Shown: positions 24,767-32,000 of the stretch, piece after piece
Position numbering within the stretch: the stretch's first letter is position 1
Layout of the letters: every line of letters starts with the position of its first letter
Source: Alkalilimnicola ehrlichii MLHE-1
GTDB lineage: Bacteria > Pseudomonadota > Gammaproteobacteria > Nitrococcales > Halorhodospiraceae
Reading direction: 5' to 3'
Assembly: GCF_000014785.1 (NCBI RefSeq)
Contig: NC_008340.1
Span: forward strand, 2,670,001-2,702,000
DNA length: 32,000 nt
Notes under the pieces: generated by a model
The model's database searches: none
What the model was told of the DNA's origin: nothing
What the model saw: only the letters and a program-made list of their open reading frames with translations
Translations under genes and position numbers: made by a program

Positions 24767-25591
24767 ATGAACAACCTGCTCACGACCCTGCACACGGCGA
24801 TGGACGAGGCGGCCCATCGGGTGATGGCCATCTACGCCGATCCCGACCGCTTCGATACCCGGCGCAAGGCCGATGACAGCCCGGTCACTGCCGCCGATCT
24901 CGCCGCTCACGACTGCCTGGTGGCGCACCTGCGGGCGGTGGCGCCCGACATCCCGGTGGTGTCCGAGGAGGCGCGCCCGGCCCCTTGGTCGGAACGGCGT
25001 CATTGGTCGCGCTGCTGGATCATCGACCCGCTGGACGGAACCAAGGAGTTTCTCAAGCGCAACGATGAGTTCACCATCAATGTGGGACTGGTGGAGGGCG
25101 GCCAGCCGGTGCTGGGCATGGTGGACGCCCCGGCCCTGGGCGAGCGCTATTACGCCATACGCGGTGAGGGGGCCTGGCGCCAGAGCGCTGGGGCCGAGCC
25201 GCGAAGCATTCGGGTGGTGGAGCCGCCCCGGGCCGGCGACCGCCCCTGGCGGGTGGTGGGCAGCCGGTCCCATGCCTCGGCGGAGACCCAGGCCTTCATC
25301 GAGCAGCTTCCTGAGGTGGAGTTGGTGCCCATGGGCAGTTCCATGAAGGTCTGCCTGGTGGCCGAGGGCCGAGCCGATCTCTACGCCCGTCTGGGCCCCA
25401 CCGGCGAGTGGGATACCGCCGCCGCGCAATGCGTGCTGGAGGAGGCGGGCGGCTGCCTGCTGAGCGCTGAGACCGGCGAGCCGCTGCGTTACAACGAGCG
25501 CGAGTCGCTGATCAACCCCTGGTTTATCGCCTGCGCCCGCCCCGACCCCGCCTGGCAGTTGCCACACGTCCCCCTGGCCGAGGCCCGTTAA
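24767..25591 (+). CDS. cysQ: 3'(2'),5'-bisphosphate nucleotidase (inositol monophosphatase family), CysQ
   Basis: VSEEARP, CWIIDPLDGTKEFLKRNDEFTINVGLV, and GEWDTAAAQCVLEEAGG motifs. Confidence 0.88.
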   Translation: MNNLLTTLHTAMDEAAHRVMAIYADPDRFDTRRKADDSPVTAADLAAHDCLVAHLRAVAPDIPVVSEEARPAPWSERRHWSRCWIIDPLDGTKEFLKRNDEFTINVGLVEGGQPVLGMVDAPALGERYYAIRGEGAWRQSAGAEPRSIRVVEPPRAGDRPWRVVGSRSHASAETQAFIEQLPEVELVPMGSSMKVCLVAEGRADLYARLGPTGEWDTAAAQCVLEEAGGCLLSAETGEPLRYNERESLINPWFIACARPDPAWQLPHVPLAEAR

Positions 25592-25671
25592 TCTCGATCG
25601 ATTACTAATCCCATCGTCTAGACTGATTATTGAGACTCGGATTCGATTGAGGCCGCCTGCACCCTCCCCGG

Positions 25672-26424
25672 GTGCGGGCCAAACAGGGGATGCAGCGCAT
25701 GGGGCAGGCACTGTCGCGGTTCGACGAGGACCTCCGCAAACTGGCGCGGTTTGTGGAGGAGACGGAATCGGCGGAGCGGGGGCTGACCCAGCTCTCGCAG
25801 CTGGTCAGCCATGCGATGGGCTGCCGGCACTGCTCCATCATGCTCGTCAAGCACGACCCGGACAGCGGCGAGCCGCAGCTGCGGGTGCAGGCGCACCACG
25901 GCGACCTGCCCGAGGCGGCCTACGACGACGCCCAGCCCCTCGGCAGCGGCATCGCCGGGCGCGTGGCCAGTTCCGGCAAACCGCTGCTCATCTCTGATGT
26001 GGACCACTCGGAGTTCGCCGGCCTGGCCCTGCGCCAGTCGGGGAAGGGCCCGGACAGCATCTCGGTACCCATCGTGCTGGAGGATGAGGTGGTGGGGGTG
26101 ATCAACGTGGACAGCCCGGAGGGCGGCCGGCGGCTGGGCGAGGATGACCTGCGGATGGCCTCGATCCTGGCCCTGGTGGTGGCCAAGTCGCTGCACATCC
26201 AGCGGCTGCGCGGGTTGCTCAAGACCCACTTCATCAAACTGGCCCTGGCCCGCGCCCGCGCCGAAGGCAACGGCCCGGTCACTCACGCCCCGGAAAAGGT
26301 CGCCAAGCTGATGGCCCGCACCCTCTACCAGGAGATGGACAAGGCCGGCTTCTCCCGCGACCACATCCTGACCGCCGCCACCGAGATCATCAGCCAAGTC
26401 AGCGACGCGATGGACACGCGCTGA
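25672..26424 (+). CDS. GAF-domain protein
   Basis: LVSHAMGCRHCSIMLVKHDPDSGEPQLRVQAHHGDLPEAAYDDAQPLGSGIAGRVASSGKPLLISDV...SVPIVLEDEVVGVINVDSPE is a typical GAF pattern. Confidence 0.78.
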   Translation: MRAKQGMQRMGQALSRFDEDLRKLARFVEETESAERGLTQLSQLVSHAMGCRHCSIMLVKHDPDSGEPQLRVQAHHGDLPEAAYDDAQPLGSGIAGRVASSGKPLLISDVDHSEFAGLALRQSGKGPDSISVPIVLEDEVVGVINVDSPEGGRRLGEDDLRMASILALVVAKSLHIQRLRGLLKTHFIKLALARARAEGNGPVTHAPEKVAKLMARTLYQEMDKAGFSRDHILTAATEIISQVSDAMDTR

Positions 26425-26469
26425 CAGACTCTCCCCTCTCCGTCGTCGCGAAGGCCGGGTAAACACTCC

Positions 26470-26640
26470 CACCGTCATCGCGAGCCCCCCTTCCCCGCTG
26501 CGCGGGCCCGAATCAACGAGGAACGGGGCACCCCTGTCATCGCGAGGGCCGAAGGCTTTCCCCCCGTCATCGCGAGGGCCGAAGGCTTTCCCCCCGTCAT
26601 CGCGAGGGCCGAAGGCCCGTGGCGATCCAGGCGGCGCTCG
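26470..26640. repeat. Copies of the same GTCATCGCGAGGGCCGAAGG family, 3'-truncated
   Basis: Four GTCATCGCGAG starts. The ~50-bp module CCCCGCTRCGCGGGCCCGAMTCAACGAGGAACGG at 26493.. is shared with 24039... Confidence 0.85.
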
Positions 26641-26661
26641 GCACGACCGCGGCATACACCG

Positions 26662-26997
26662 CTATCGGTCGCGGTGGTTAGGGTGATCCCGTTGCAGTTT
26701 ATCCAGGGCCCGCTTGACCGATCGTTGATGTGAGCGGCCCAAGGCACGACGGATTTCCAGGGTGCCCACACCAATCGCCAGCAGCGCCACCGGGGCCAGG
26801 ATGACGCCGATGAGCGCAATAATGCCGGCGACCTCATCACGCAGAGACAGCACCAACCCGGCTATCACCCCCACCGCCAGCCCGCCGGTGACTACCACCA
26901 GCACTTTGACACGAGGCGGTTGCTCCTTGACCCACCACAGCAGTGGCGCTACTAGCAATAACGCTAACAGTTCCCAGGAACTTTCCGGCAGAGTCAT
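26662..26997 (-). CDS. Small membrane protein, unknown function
   Basis: LLALLLVAPLLWWV, VLVVVTGGLAVGVIAGLVLSL, IIALIGVILAPVALLAIGVG hydrophobic segments; 10 nt downstream of the lipoprotein gene stop. Confidence 0.5.
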   Translation of the reverse strand: MTLPESSWELLALLLVAPLLWWVKEQPPRVKVLVVVTGGLAVGVIAGLVLSLRDEVAGIIALIGVILAPVALLAIGVGTLEIRRALGRSHQRSVKRALDKLQRDHPNHRDR

Positions 26998-27006
26998 GGC
27001 GTTAGC

Positions 27007-28560
27007 TCATCCCTGGAAAACGAGTTGTCGCTGCTTTCGGTCCAATACCTCGTCCCCTCTGCGAAGTTCAGCGACCACGGTATCCCGCACGCCGGATTCT
27101 GCCCCGGGCACAGTCATGGCATACCTTTGATCAGGTTGGATAGAGAACGTCCGGCTTGCAGAATACCCGTCAGTCCCCTCTACACTGAAATGGATGCTCA
27201 TCTCCGGGGCCTCGTCACAATCGACCCCAAGCTCGATACGATATGACTGACCCCGGCCCGGGGCCGACGGACTCAAGATCAGCTCATGCAGATGCGCATC
27301 CTTTCCGTCTTCCAACTCCAACTCTACGACAGCCGGTTGGCTGCCCGGCTCCGCGATGGATACCGCACCTGTTTCCGTCGTGCCGGCACCGCTGTACCGC
27401 GCCTCTACCATCACGGGGAAGTTGTCGTCCGGCCCCTTACGCATGTGCACTAGATCATTGCCGGCCTTATACAGCTTGACGGTGCCGTCAATCATCCCCT
27501 TAACTTCGGTGATTACCTGCCACACTCGCTTGACTCGGGGTACATTCGCTAGCAGCAGGACCGGCAGCCCGATCTTCGGAAAGGCCAGCAATAACCGAGT
27601 GACCGCGGCCACAAGGGTCTTTTCGGTTACAGCAGAGGCAACCTCATTCAAGGCAAAATTAAGACCACCAGACGCCAGCACTTCGCCAACCGTGGGAAGG
27701 TCATCCAGGCCAACTTCACCATAGAAACCGTCCTTATCAACGTCGGGCTTCAAGTCGATATGGACGCTAGGCGGTCGCAGCCAGTCCAACGCGATTGGGG
27801 GCACGCCGGGGCCGAAGCTGACCCTTCCGTCAATCTGCATTGCAGCATCAGCAGCCACCACGGCGGTTGCCTTACCACTGAATACGAGTCCGCATGCGCC
27901 CCTGGCCTGAACCAATATCTGTTGGCTGCTAAAGCTGCTAGCGAACAGACTAGCTTGGCCCATGACTGAGCCGCTGTCCGCATTTAGCGTCTTGACGGTG
28001 ATCCCCTCACCACCACGGGGAGCGTGCATCAGAGTTGCAGCGTGGACCGCATTCCCATTGCCATCGTCCGCTTCTTCTGCTTCCTGCTCGGCCTTCGCTA
28101 GTGTACTGCTATACGATTCGCCCTTACCAAGGTCACTGAACGTGAAGGCAACGTCGTCCTCTAGCTGCTCCAACTGCAGCCTTATGCCAGCGTTTTCCAG
28201 TTGTAGATCCAAATGGTCATCATCGACGACCAGCACTGTATTGTTCATGGGATCTACAGGGTCATTGACGACAACACGCCGGATGGCAACCACATTACCC
28301 GCTTCGTCACGGTCACCATAATAATGCGTGTAGGCTCCCGCTTTGGACTCCATAAACAAGATGCGCCCTTGCGGGTCGTCTGGGTAGAACGTTAAGCCTG
28401 CCCCGAATACTTCATTCTCCTTTAGGGCGGGACCATCTCCCGATTCAGTAGACTCCTCGTCGGTAACACACCCCACCAACAATGGTATGACCGGCATTGA
28501 CAGGGTTCCTGTCAATGCCTGGAGCAGGCGACGCCTTATCTTGTTGACTTCCTTGCCCAT
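27007..28560 (-). CDS. Predicted lipoprotein of unknown function
   Basis: KIRRRLLQALTGTLSMPVIPLLVGC N-terminus (basic, hydrophobic, LVGC lipobox-like); long continuous ORF. Confidence 0.6.
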   Translation of the reverse strand: MGKEVNKIRRRLLQALTGTLSMPVIPLLVGCVTDEESTESGDGPALKENEVFGAGLTFYPDDPQGRILFMESKAGAYTHYYGDRDEAGNVVAIRRVVVNDPVDPMNNTVLVVDDDHLDLQLENAGIRLQLEQLEDDVAFTFSDLGKGESYSSTLAKAEQEAEEADDGNGNAVHAATLMHAPRGGEGITVKTLNADSGSVMGQASLFASSFSSQQILVQARGACGLVFSGKATAVVAADAAMQIDGRVSFGPGVPPIALDWLRPPSVHIDLKPDVDKDGFYGEVGLDDLPTVGEVLASGGLNFALNEVASAVTEKTLVAAVTRLLLAFPKIGLPVLLLANVPRVKRVWQVITEVKGMIDGTVKLYKAGNDLVHMRKGPDDNFPVMVEARYSGAGTTETGAVSIAEPGSQPAVVELELEDGKDAHLHELILSPSAPGRGQSYRIELGVDCDEAPEMSIHFSVEGTDGYSASRTFSIQPDQRYAMTVPGAESGVRDTVVAELRRGDEVLDRKQRQLVFQG

Positions 28561-28709
28561 TTTAGCCTTCCTTGTGTATTCATCAGATAATCCGAAATTG
28601 ATCCGGTCAGCGGAGTATAGCCCACAAGCAAACAGGTGAGAGGAGACTACGCTCCCTAAATCACAATGCTGTGGCCACGCGGGGTGCCAACCGCAGCTTG
28701 GACTGACGC

Positions 28710-28895
28710 GTCGCTTTGCTTCTCGCAGTGACGGGGGGAGACGCCATCCCCGTCATCGCGAGGGCCGAAGGCCCGCGGCGATCCAGGGCGGTAGACTGCC
28801 GCGTCGGCTTCGCCTCCTCGCAGTGACGGTGGGGGAGGTGGCCTCCTCGCAGTGACGGTGGGGGAGGTGGCCTCCTCGCAGTGACCGGTGGGGGG
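28710..28895. repeat. Intergenic repeat cluster, same family (one full unit plus right-end half units)
   Basis: CCGTCATCGCGAGGGCCGAAGG...CCTCCTCGCAGTGACGG followed by GGGGGAGGTGGCCTCCTCGCAGTGACGG iterations. Confidence 0.85.
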
Positions 28896-28918
28896 TGGTG
28901 CCGCCGCCCCCGGGGCGG

Positions 28919-30100
28919 TTACGCAGGGTCCAGTGTGCGTAACGTGTGCCGGGCGATCATCAGCTCTTCGTTGGTGGGGATGATGTAGGCCGGGATGCGG
29001 CTGTCGGTGGTGGTGATGCGCCCGGCGTTGTGGGCGTTGGCCTCCCGGTCCAGGGTGATGCCCAGCCAGCCCAGTTGCTCGCAGATGGCGGCGCGCACCG
29101 GGGCGGCGTTTTCGCCGATGCCGGCGGTGAAGACCAGGGCGTCCAGCCCGCCCAGGGCGGCGGTGAGGCTGCCCACCTCGCGCACGGCGCGGTAGACGTA
29201 GTACTCCACCGCCTCGGCGGCCTCGCGGCGGTCGCTCTCCAGGAGCTGGCGCATGTCGGCGCTGATGCCGGACAGGCCGAGCAGGCCGGAACGGCGGTAG
29301 AGCAGGTCCTCAATCTCAGCGGCGTTCATCCCTTCGTTCTGCAGCAGGTAGAGGATGACGCCCGGGTCGATGTTGCCGCAGCGCTGGCCCATGGGCAGGC
29401 CGTCCAGGGCGGTAAAGCCCATGGTGCTGGCCACGCTCTGCCCGCCGTGCAGGGCGCACATGCTGGCGCCGTTGCCCAGGTGGGCGACGATGGTGCGCCC
29501 CTCGGCGGCTTGCCGGTCATGATCTGGCAGCACGGAGGCGATGTACTCGTAGGACAGGCCGTGGAAGCCGTAGCGCAGGACCCCCTTGTTCTCGTACTGG
29601 CGCGGCAGGGCGAAGCGCTGGGCGACGCGCGGCTGCTGGCGGTGGACGGCGGTGTCGAAGCAGGCCACCTGGGGCAGATGCGGGCGGACCCGGGCCACGG
29701 CGTGGATGGCGCGCAGGTTGTGAGGCTGGTGCAGCGGTGCCAGTTCGCAGAATCCGTCCAGCCGCTCAAGGATGTCATCGGTGATCCGCACCGGGTGGCT
29801 GAACTCCGGCCCGCCGTGAACCACGCGGTGGCCGGCGCCGATCAGGTCATGGCCCTCCAGCCTTTCCTCGAGCCAGCTCAACGCCCGGTCCAGGGCCTCA
29901 TCATGCCCATCGGACTCCGGTAATTCCTCGTGCAGCAGGCGTTTGCCCTGGTCGTCCTTGATCTGCAGCGAGCCGATGCTGGCACCCAGACCGTCGGCCT
30001 GCCCCCGGTAGCAGGGGGTCGGCGCCCCGCCGGCCACGGTGTACAGCGCAAACTTGATGCTGGAGGAACCTGCGTTGATGACGAGCAGGGCCTGGGTCAT
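28919..30100 (-). CDS. ackA: Acetate kinase
   Basis: MTQALLVINAGSSSIKFALY, GHRVVHGG, FDTAVHR, VAHLGNGASMCAL, MGFTALDGLPMGQRCGNIDPGV, TAGIGENAAPVR, TNEELMIAR. Confidence 0.96.
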   Translation of the reverse strand: MTQALLVINAGSSSIKFALYTVAGGAPTPCYRGQADGLGASIGSLQIKDDQGKRLLHEELPESDGHDEALDRALSWLEERLEGHDLIGAGHRVVHGGPEFSHPVRITDDILERLDGFCELAPLHQPHNLRAIHAVARVRPHLPQVACFDTAVHRQQPRVAQRFALPRQYENKGVLRYGFHGLSYEYIASVLPDHDRQAAEGRTIVAHLGNGASMCALHGGQSVASTMGFTALDGLPMGQRCGNIDPGVILYLLQNEGMNAAEIEDLLYRRSGLLGLSGISADMRQLLESDRREAAEAVEYYVYRAVREVGSLTAALGGLDALVFTAGIGENAAPVRAAICEQLGWLGITLDREANAHNAGRITTTDSRIPAYIIPTNEELMIARHTLRTLDPA

Positions 30101-30199
30101 GGGGGGCCTCCGCGTGGTTCGTACTGTTTATGGTTGAATCGTCATTGTGACGGGCAAGGCGTTGAAGTGATAGGTACGCTGCTGCTCGCCATGATGTTA

Positions 30200-30875
30200 T
30201 GGATTGCTTCGCTGCGCTCGCAATGACGGGGGTGGCACCTCCCCGGCCCTCTTGATGAACATGGCCAGACGCTGCGGGCGCCCCCTACCCTCACTGCGAG
30301 CGCGGCCCCACCCCCACCGTCACTGCGAGGAGGCGAAGCCGACGTGGCAGTCTACCGCCCTGGATCGCCGCGGGCCTGCGGCCCTCGCGATGACGGTGGG
30401 GGCGTATCCCCCGGCCCTCGCGATGACGGTGGGGCACCTCCCCCCGCCACTGCGAGGAGCGCAGCGACGTGGCAGTCCATGCGCTGCCTGGATCGCCGCG
30501 GGCCTGCGGCCCTCGCGATGACGGTGGGGGCGTATCCCCCGGCCCTCGCGATGACGGTGGGGCACCTCCCCCGTCACTGCGAGGAGCGCAGCGACGTGGC
30601 AGTCCATGCGCTGCCTGGATCGCCGCGGGCCTGCGGCCCTCGCGATGACGGTGGGGGCGTATCCCCCGGCCCTCGCGATGACGGTGGGGCACCTCCCCCG
30701 TCACTGCGAGGAGCGCAGCGACGTGGCAGTCCATGCGCTGCCTGGATCGCCGCGGGCCTGCGGCCCTCGCGATGACGGTGGGGGCGTATCCCCCCGGCCC
30801 TCGCGATGACGGTGGGGGCGTATCCCCCCGGCCTGCGCGATGACGGGGGGACGGCTCCCCCCGCCTAGCGATGAC
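30200..30875. repeat. Tandem ~127-bp repeat array (inverse orientation of the 24-kb array)
   Basis: CACTGCGAGGAG anchors at 30320, 30448, 30575, 30702 (spacings 128/127/127). Each unit reads CACTGCGAGGAGCGCAGCGACGTGGCAGTCCATGCGCTGCCTGGATCGCCGCGGGCCTGCGGCCCTCGCGATGACGGTGGGGGCGTATCCCCCGGCCCTCGCGATGACGGTGGGG. Confidence 0.92.
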
Positions 30876-30891
30876 GGTCGGCGGCCTTTCC

Positions 30892-32000
30892 TTAGAGATG
30901 AGCCAGGCCCTTGCGCTTGCGTTCGGCCACCAGCAGGGCGATGGCGCAGGAGGCCAGGCGGGCCACTACGTCGTCGGCGCGGCTGGTCAGCACGATGGGC
31001 ACCTTGGCGCCCAGCACGATGCCGGCGGCCTCGGCGTCCGCCAGGTAGTAGAGCTGCTTGGCCACCATATTGCCCGACTCCAAGTCCGGCACCAGCAGGA
31101 TGTCCGCCTGCCCGGCCACCTCGGAGCGGATGCCCTTGGTGCGTGCGGCAGCGCGGGAGATGGCGTTGTCGAAGGCCAGCGGCCCGTCCAGCAGGCCACC
31201 ATGGATCTGCCCTCTGTCGGCCATCTTGCAAAGCGCGGCGGCATCCAGGGTGGACTGCAGATCGGGGTTGACCGACTCGGTGGCGGAGAGGATGGCGGCG
31301 CGCGGCTCCGGGTTGTCCAGGGCGTGGGCCAGTTCGATGGCGTTCTGCAGGATGTCGCGCTTGGCCAGCAGGCCGGGGTGGATGTTGATGGCCGCGTCGG
31401 TGACCAGCAGCGGGCGCGGGTAGGTGGGCACGTCCATGCAGTAGACATGGCTGACCCGCCGCTCGGTGCGCAGGCCGTCGCGCCGGACCACCGCGCCCAT
31501 GAGCTCGTCGGTGTGCAGCGAGCCCTTCATCAGGGCCTCCACGTCGCGGTTCTTGGCCATCGCCACGCCCTGCTCCGCCGACTGGTGGCTGTGCTCGGTG
31601 GCCACCAGTTTGAATTGGGAGATGTCCAGTTCCGCCTCCTCGGCGGTGGCACGGATGCGGTGCTCCGGCCCCACCAGGATGGGCACCAGCAGGTTGTGTT
31701 CGGCGGCCCGCACCACCCCCTCCAGCGACAGGGCGTCCACCGGGTGGACCACCGCCGTGAGGATGGGGTCCAGGTCGTGGGCCAGGTCCAGCAGGCGTTT
31801 GAGCTGGCGGCGCTGGCGCCCCTTGGTCTGCAGCTCGGCCTCTGCCGGAGAGATCTGGGTGTGCTCCCGGCTGAGCTTCTCGGTGGGCGCACGCACGATG
31901 TAGATACCGCGCAGCACGTCCTCGCCATGTTCGTTCACACACTGGCAATCGAGCATCACCTGGCGGTCGCCCTGCTTCTCGTGGACCCGCACGGTGACGG
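30892..32000 (-). CDS. MaoC-like/phosphate acetyl(butyryl)transferase fusion (5' end outside window)
   Basis: AAVHPVDALSLEGVVRAAEHNLLVPILVGP-like start of the PTA domain; VYCMDVPTYPRPLLVTDAAINIHPGL; FDNAISRAAARTKGI; ADILLVPDLESGNMVAKQLYYLADAEAAGIVLGAKVPIVLTSRAD. Frame remains open through the window edge. Confidence 0.8.
   Translation of the reverse strand, partial: VTVRVHEKQGDRQVMLDCQCVNEHGEDVLRGIYIVRAPTEKLSREHTQISPAEAELQTKGRQRRQLKRLLDLAHDLDPILTAVVHPVDALSLEGVVRAAEHNLLVPILVGPEHRIRATAEEAELDISQFKLVATEHSHQSAEQGVAMAKNRDVEALMKGSLHTDELMGAVVRRDGLRTERRVSHVYCMDVPTYPRPLLVTDAAINIHPGLLAKRDILQNAIELAHALDNPEPRAAILSATESVNPDLQSTLDAAALCKMADRGQIHGGLLDGPLAFDNAISRAAARTKGIRSEVAGQADILLVPDLESGNMVAKQLYYLADAEAAGIVLGAKVPIVLTSRADDVVARLASCAIALLVAERKRKGLAHL

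Noticed and set aside
25603-25621. TACTAAT-CGTCTAG as a conserved operator shared with 13765-13787
   Set aside because: Spacing differs (5 versus 9 nt) and the third copy has reversed order. Three partial matches are not enough to claim a regulatory site, so it is mentioned only as a low-interest lead.

Overview
High-GC, probably proteobacterial chromosomal window with four parts. (1) About 1-21.1 kb is an accessory, surface-glycan-like region. It holds a GT2 C-terminal fragment, an ABC flippase/exporter, two paralogous ATP-grasp proteins, a HemN-like radical SAM protein, GT4, GT61 and GT28-like proteins, and SpsF/PseG(SpsG)/NeuB(SpsE)-type nonulosonate genes. (2) Embedded in it at 10.2-13.65 kb on the minus strand is the most interesting object. 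A 53-aa ORF, absent from the supplied ORF track, encodes MDKTDGINLDARRLLGFRLDSSVRTGAKVGDKVLDRTTTIGAKVGGKVGMKVT. It sits immediately upstream of a protein that looks like an alpha-ketoglutarate HExxH-type peptide beta-hydroxylase. That gene overlaps (ATGA) an ATP-grasp gene, followed by an isopropylmalate/isocitrate-dehydrogenase-like gene and an isochorismatase-ALDH fusion. Beyond a small gap come a SAM methyltransferase-like gene, a Rieske oxygenase and a glycosyltransferase. I propose a candidate RiPP-like or peptide-glycan hybrid pathway. The product and even the RiPP assignment are inference. (3) About 21.1-28.6 kb holds two large predicted lipoproteins, cysQ, a GAF protein and a small membrane protein. 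(4) About 28.9-32 kb holds ackA and a MaoC-Pta-type fusion (truncated). Intergenic gaps at 24.0-24.6, 26.5-26.6, 28.7-28.9 and 30.2-30.9 kb carry one family of palindromic elements. At two of these sites the elements form direct arrays with periods of about 122-123 bp and about 127 bp.
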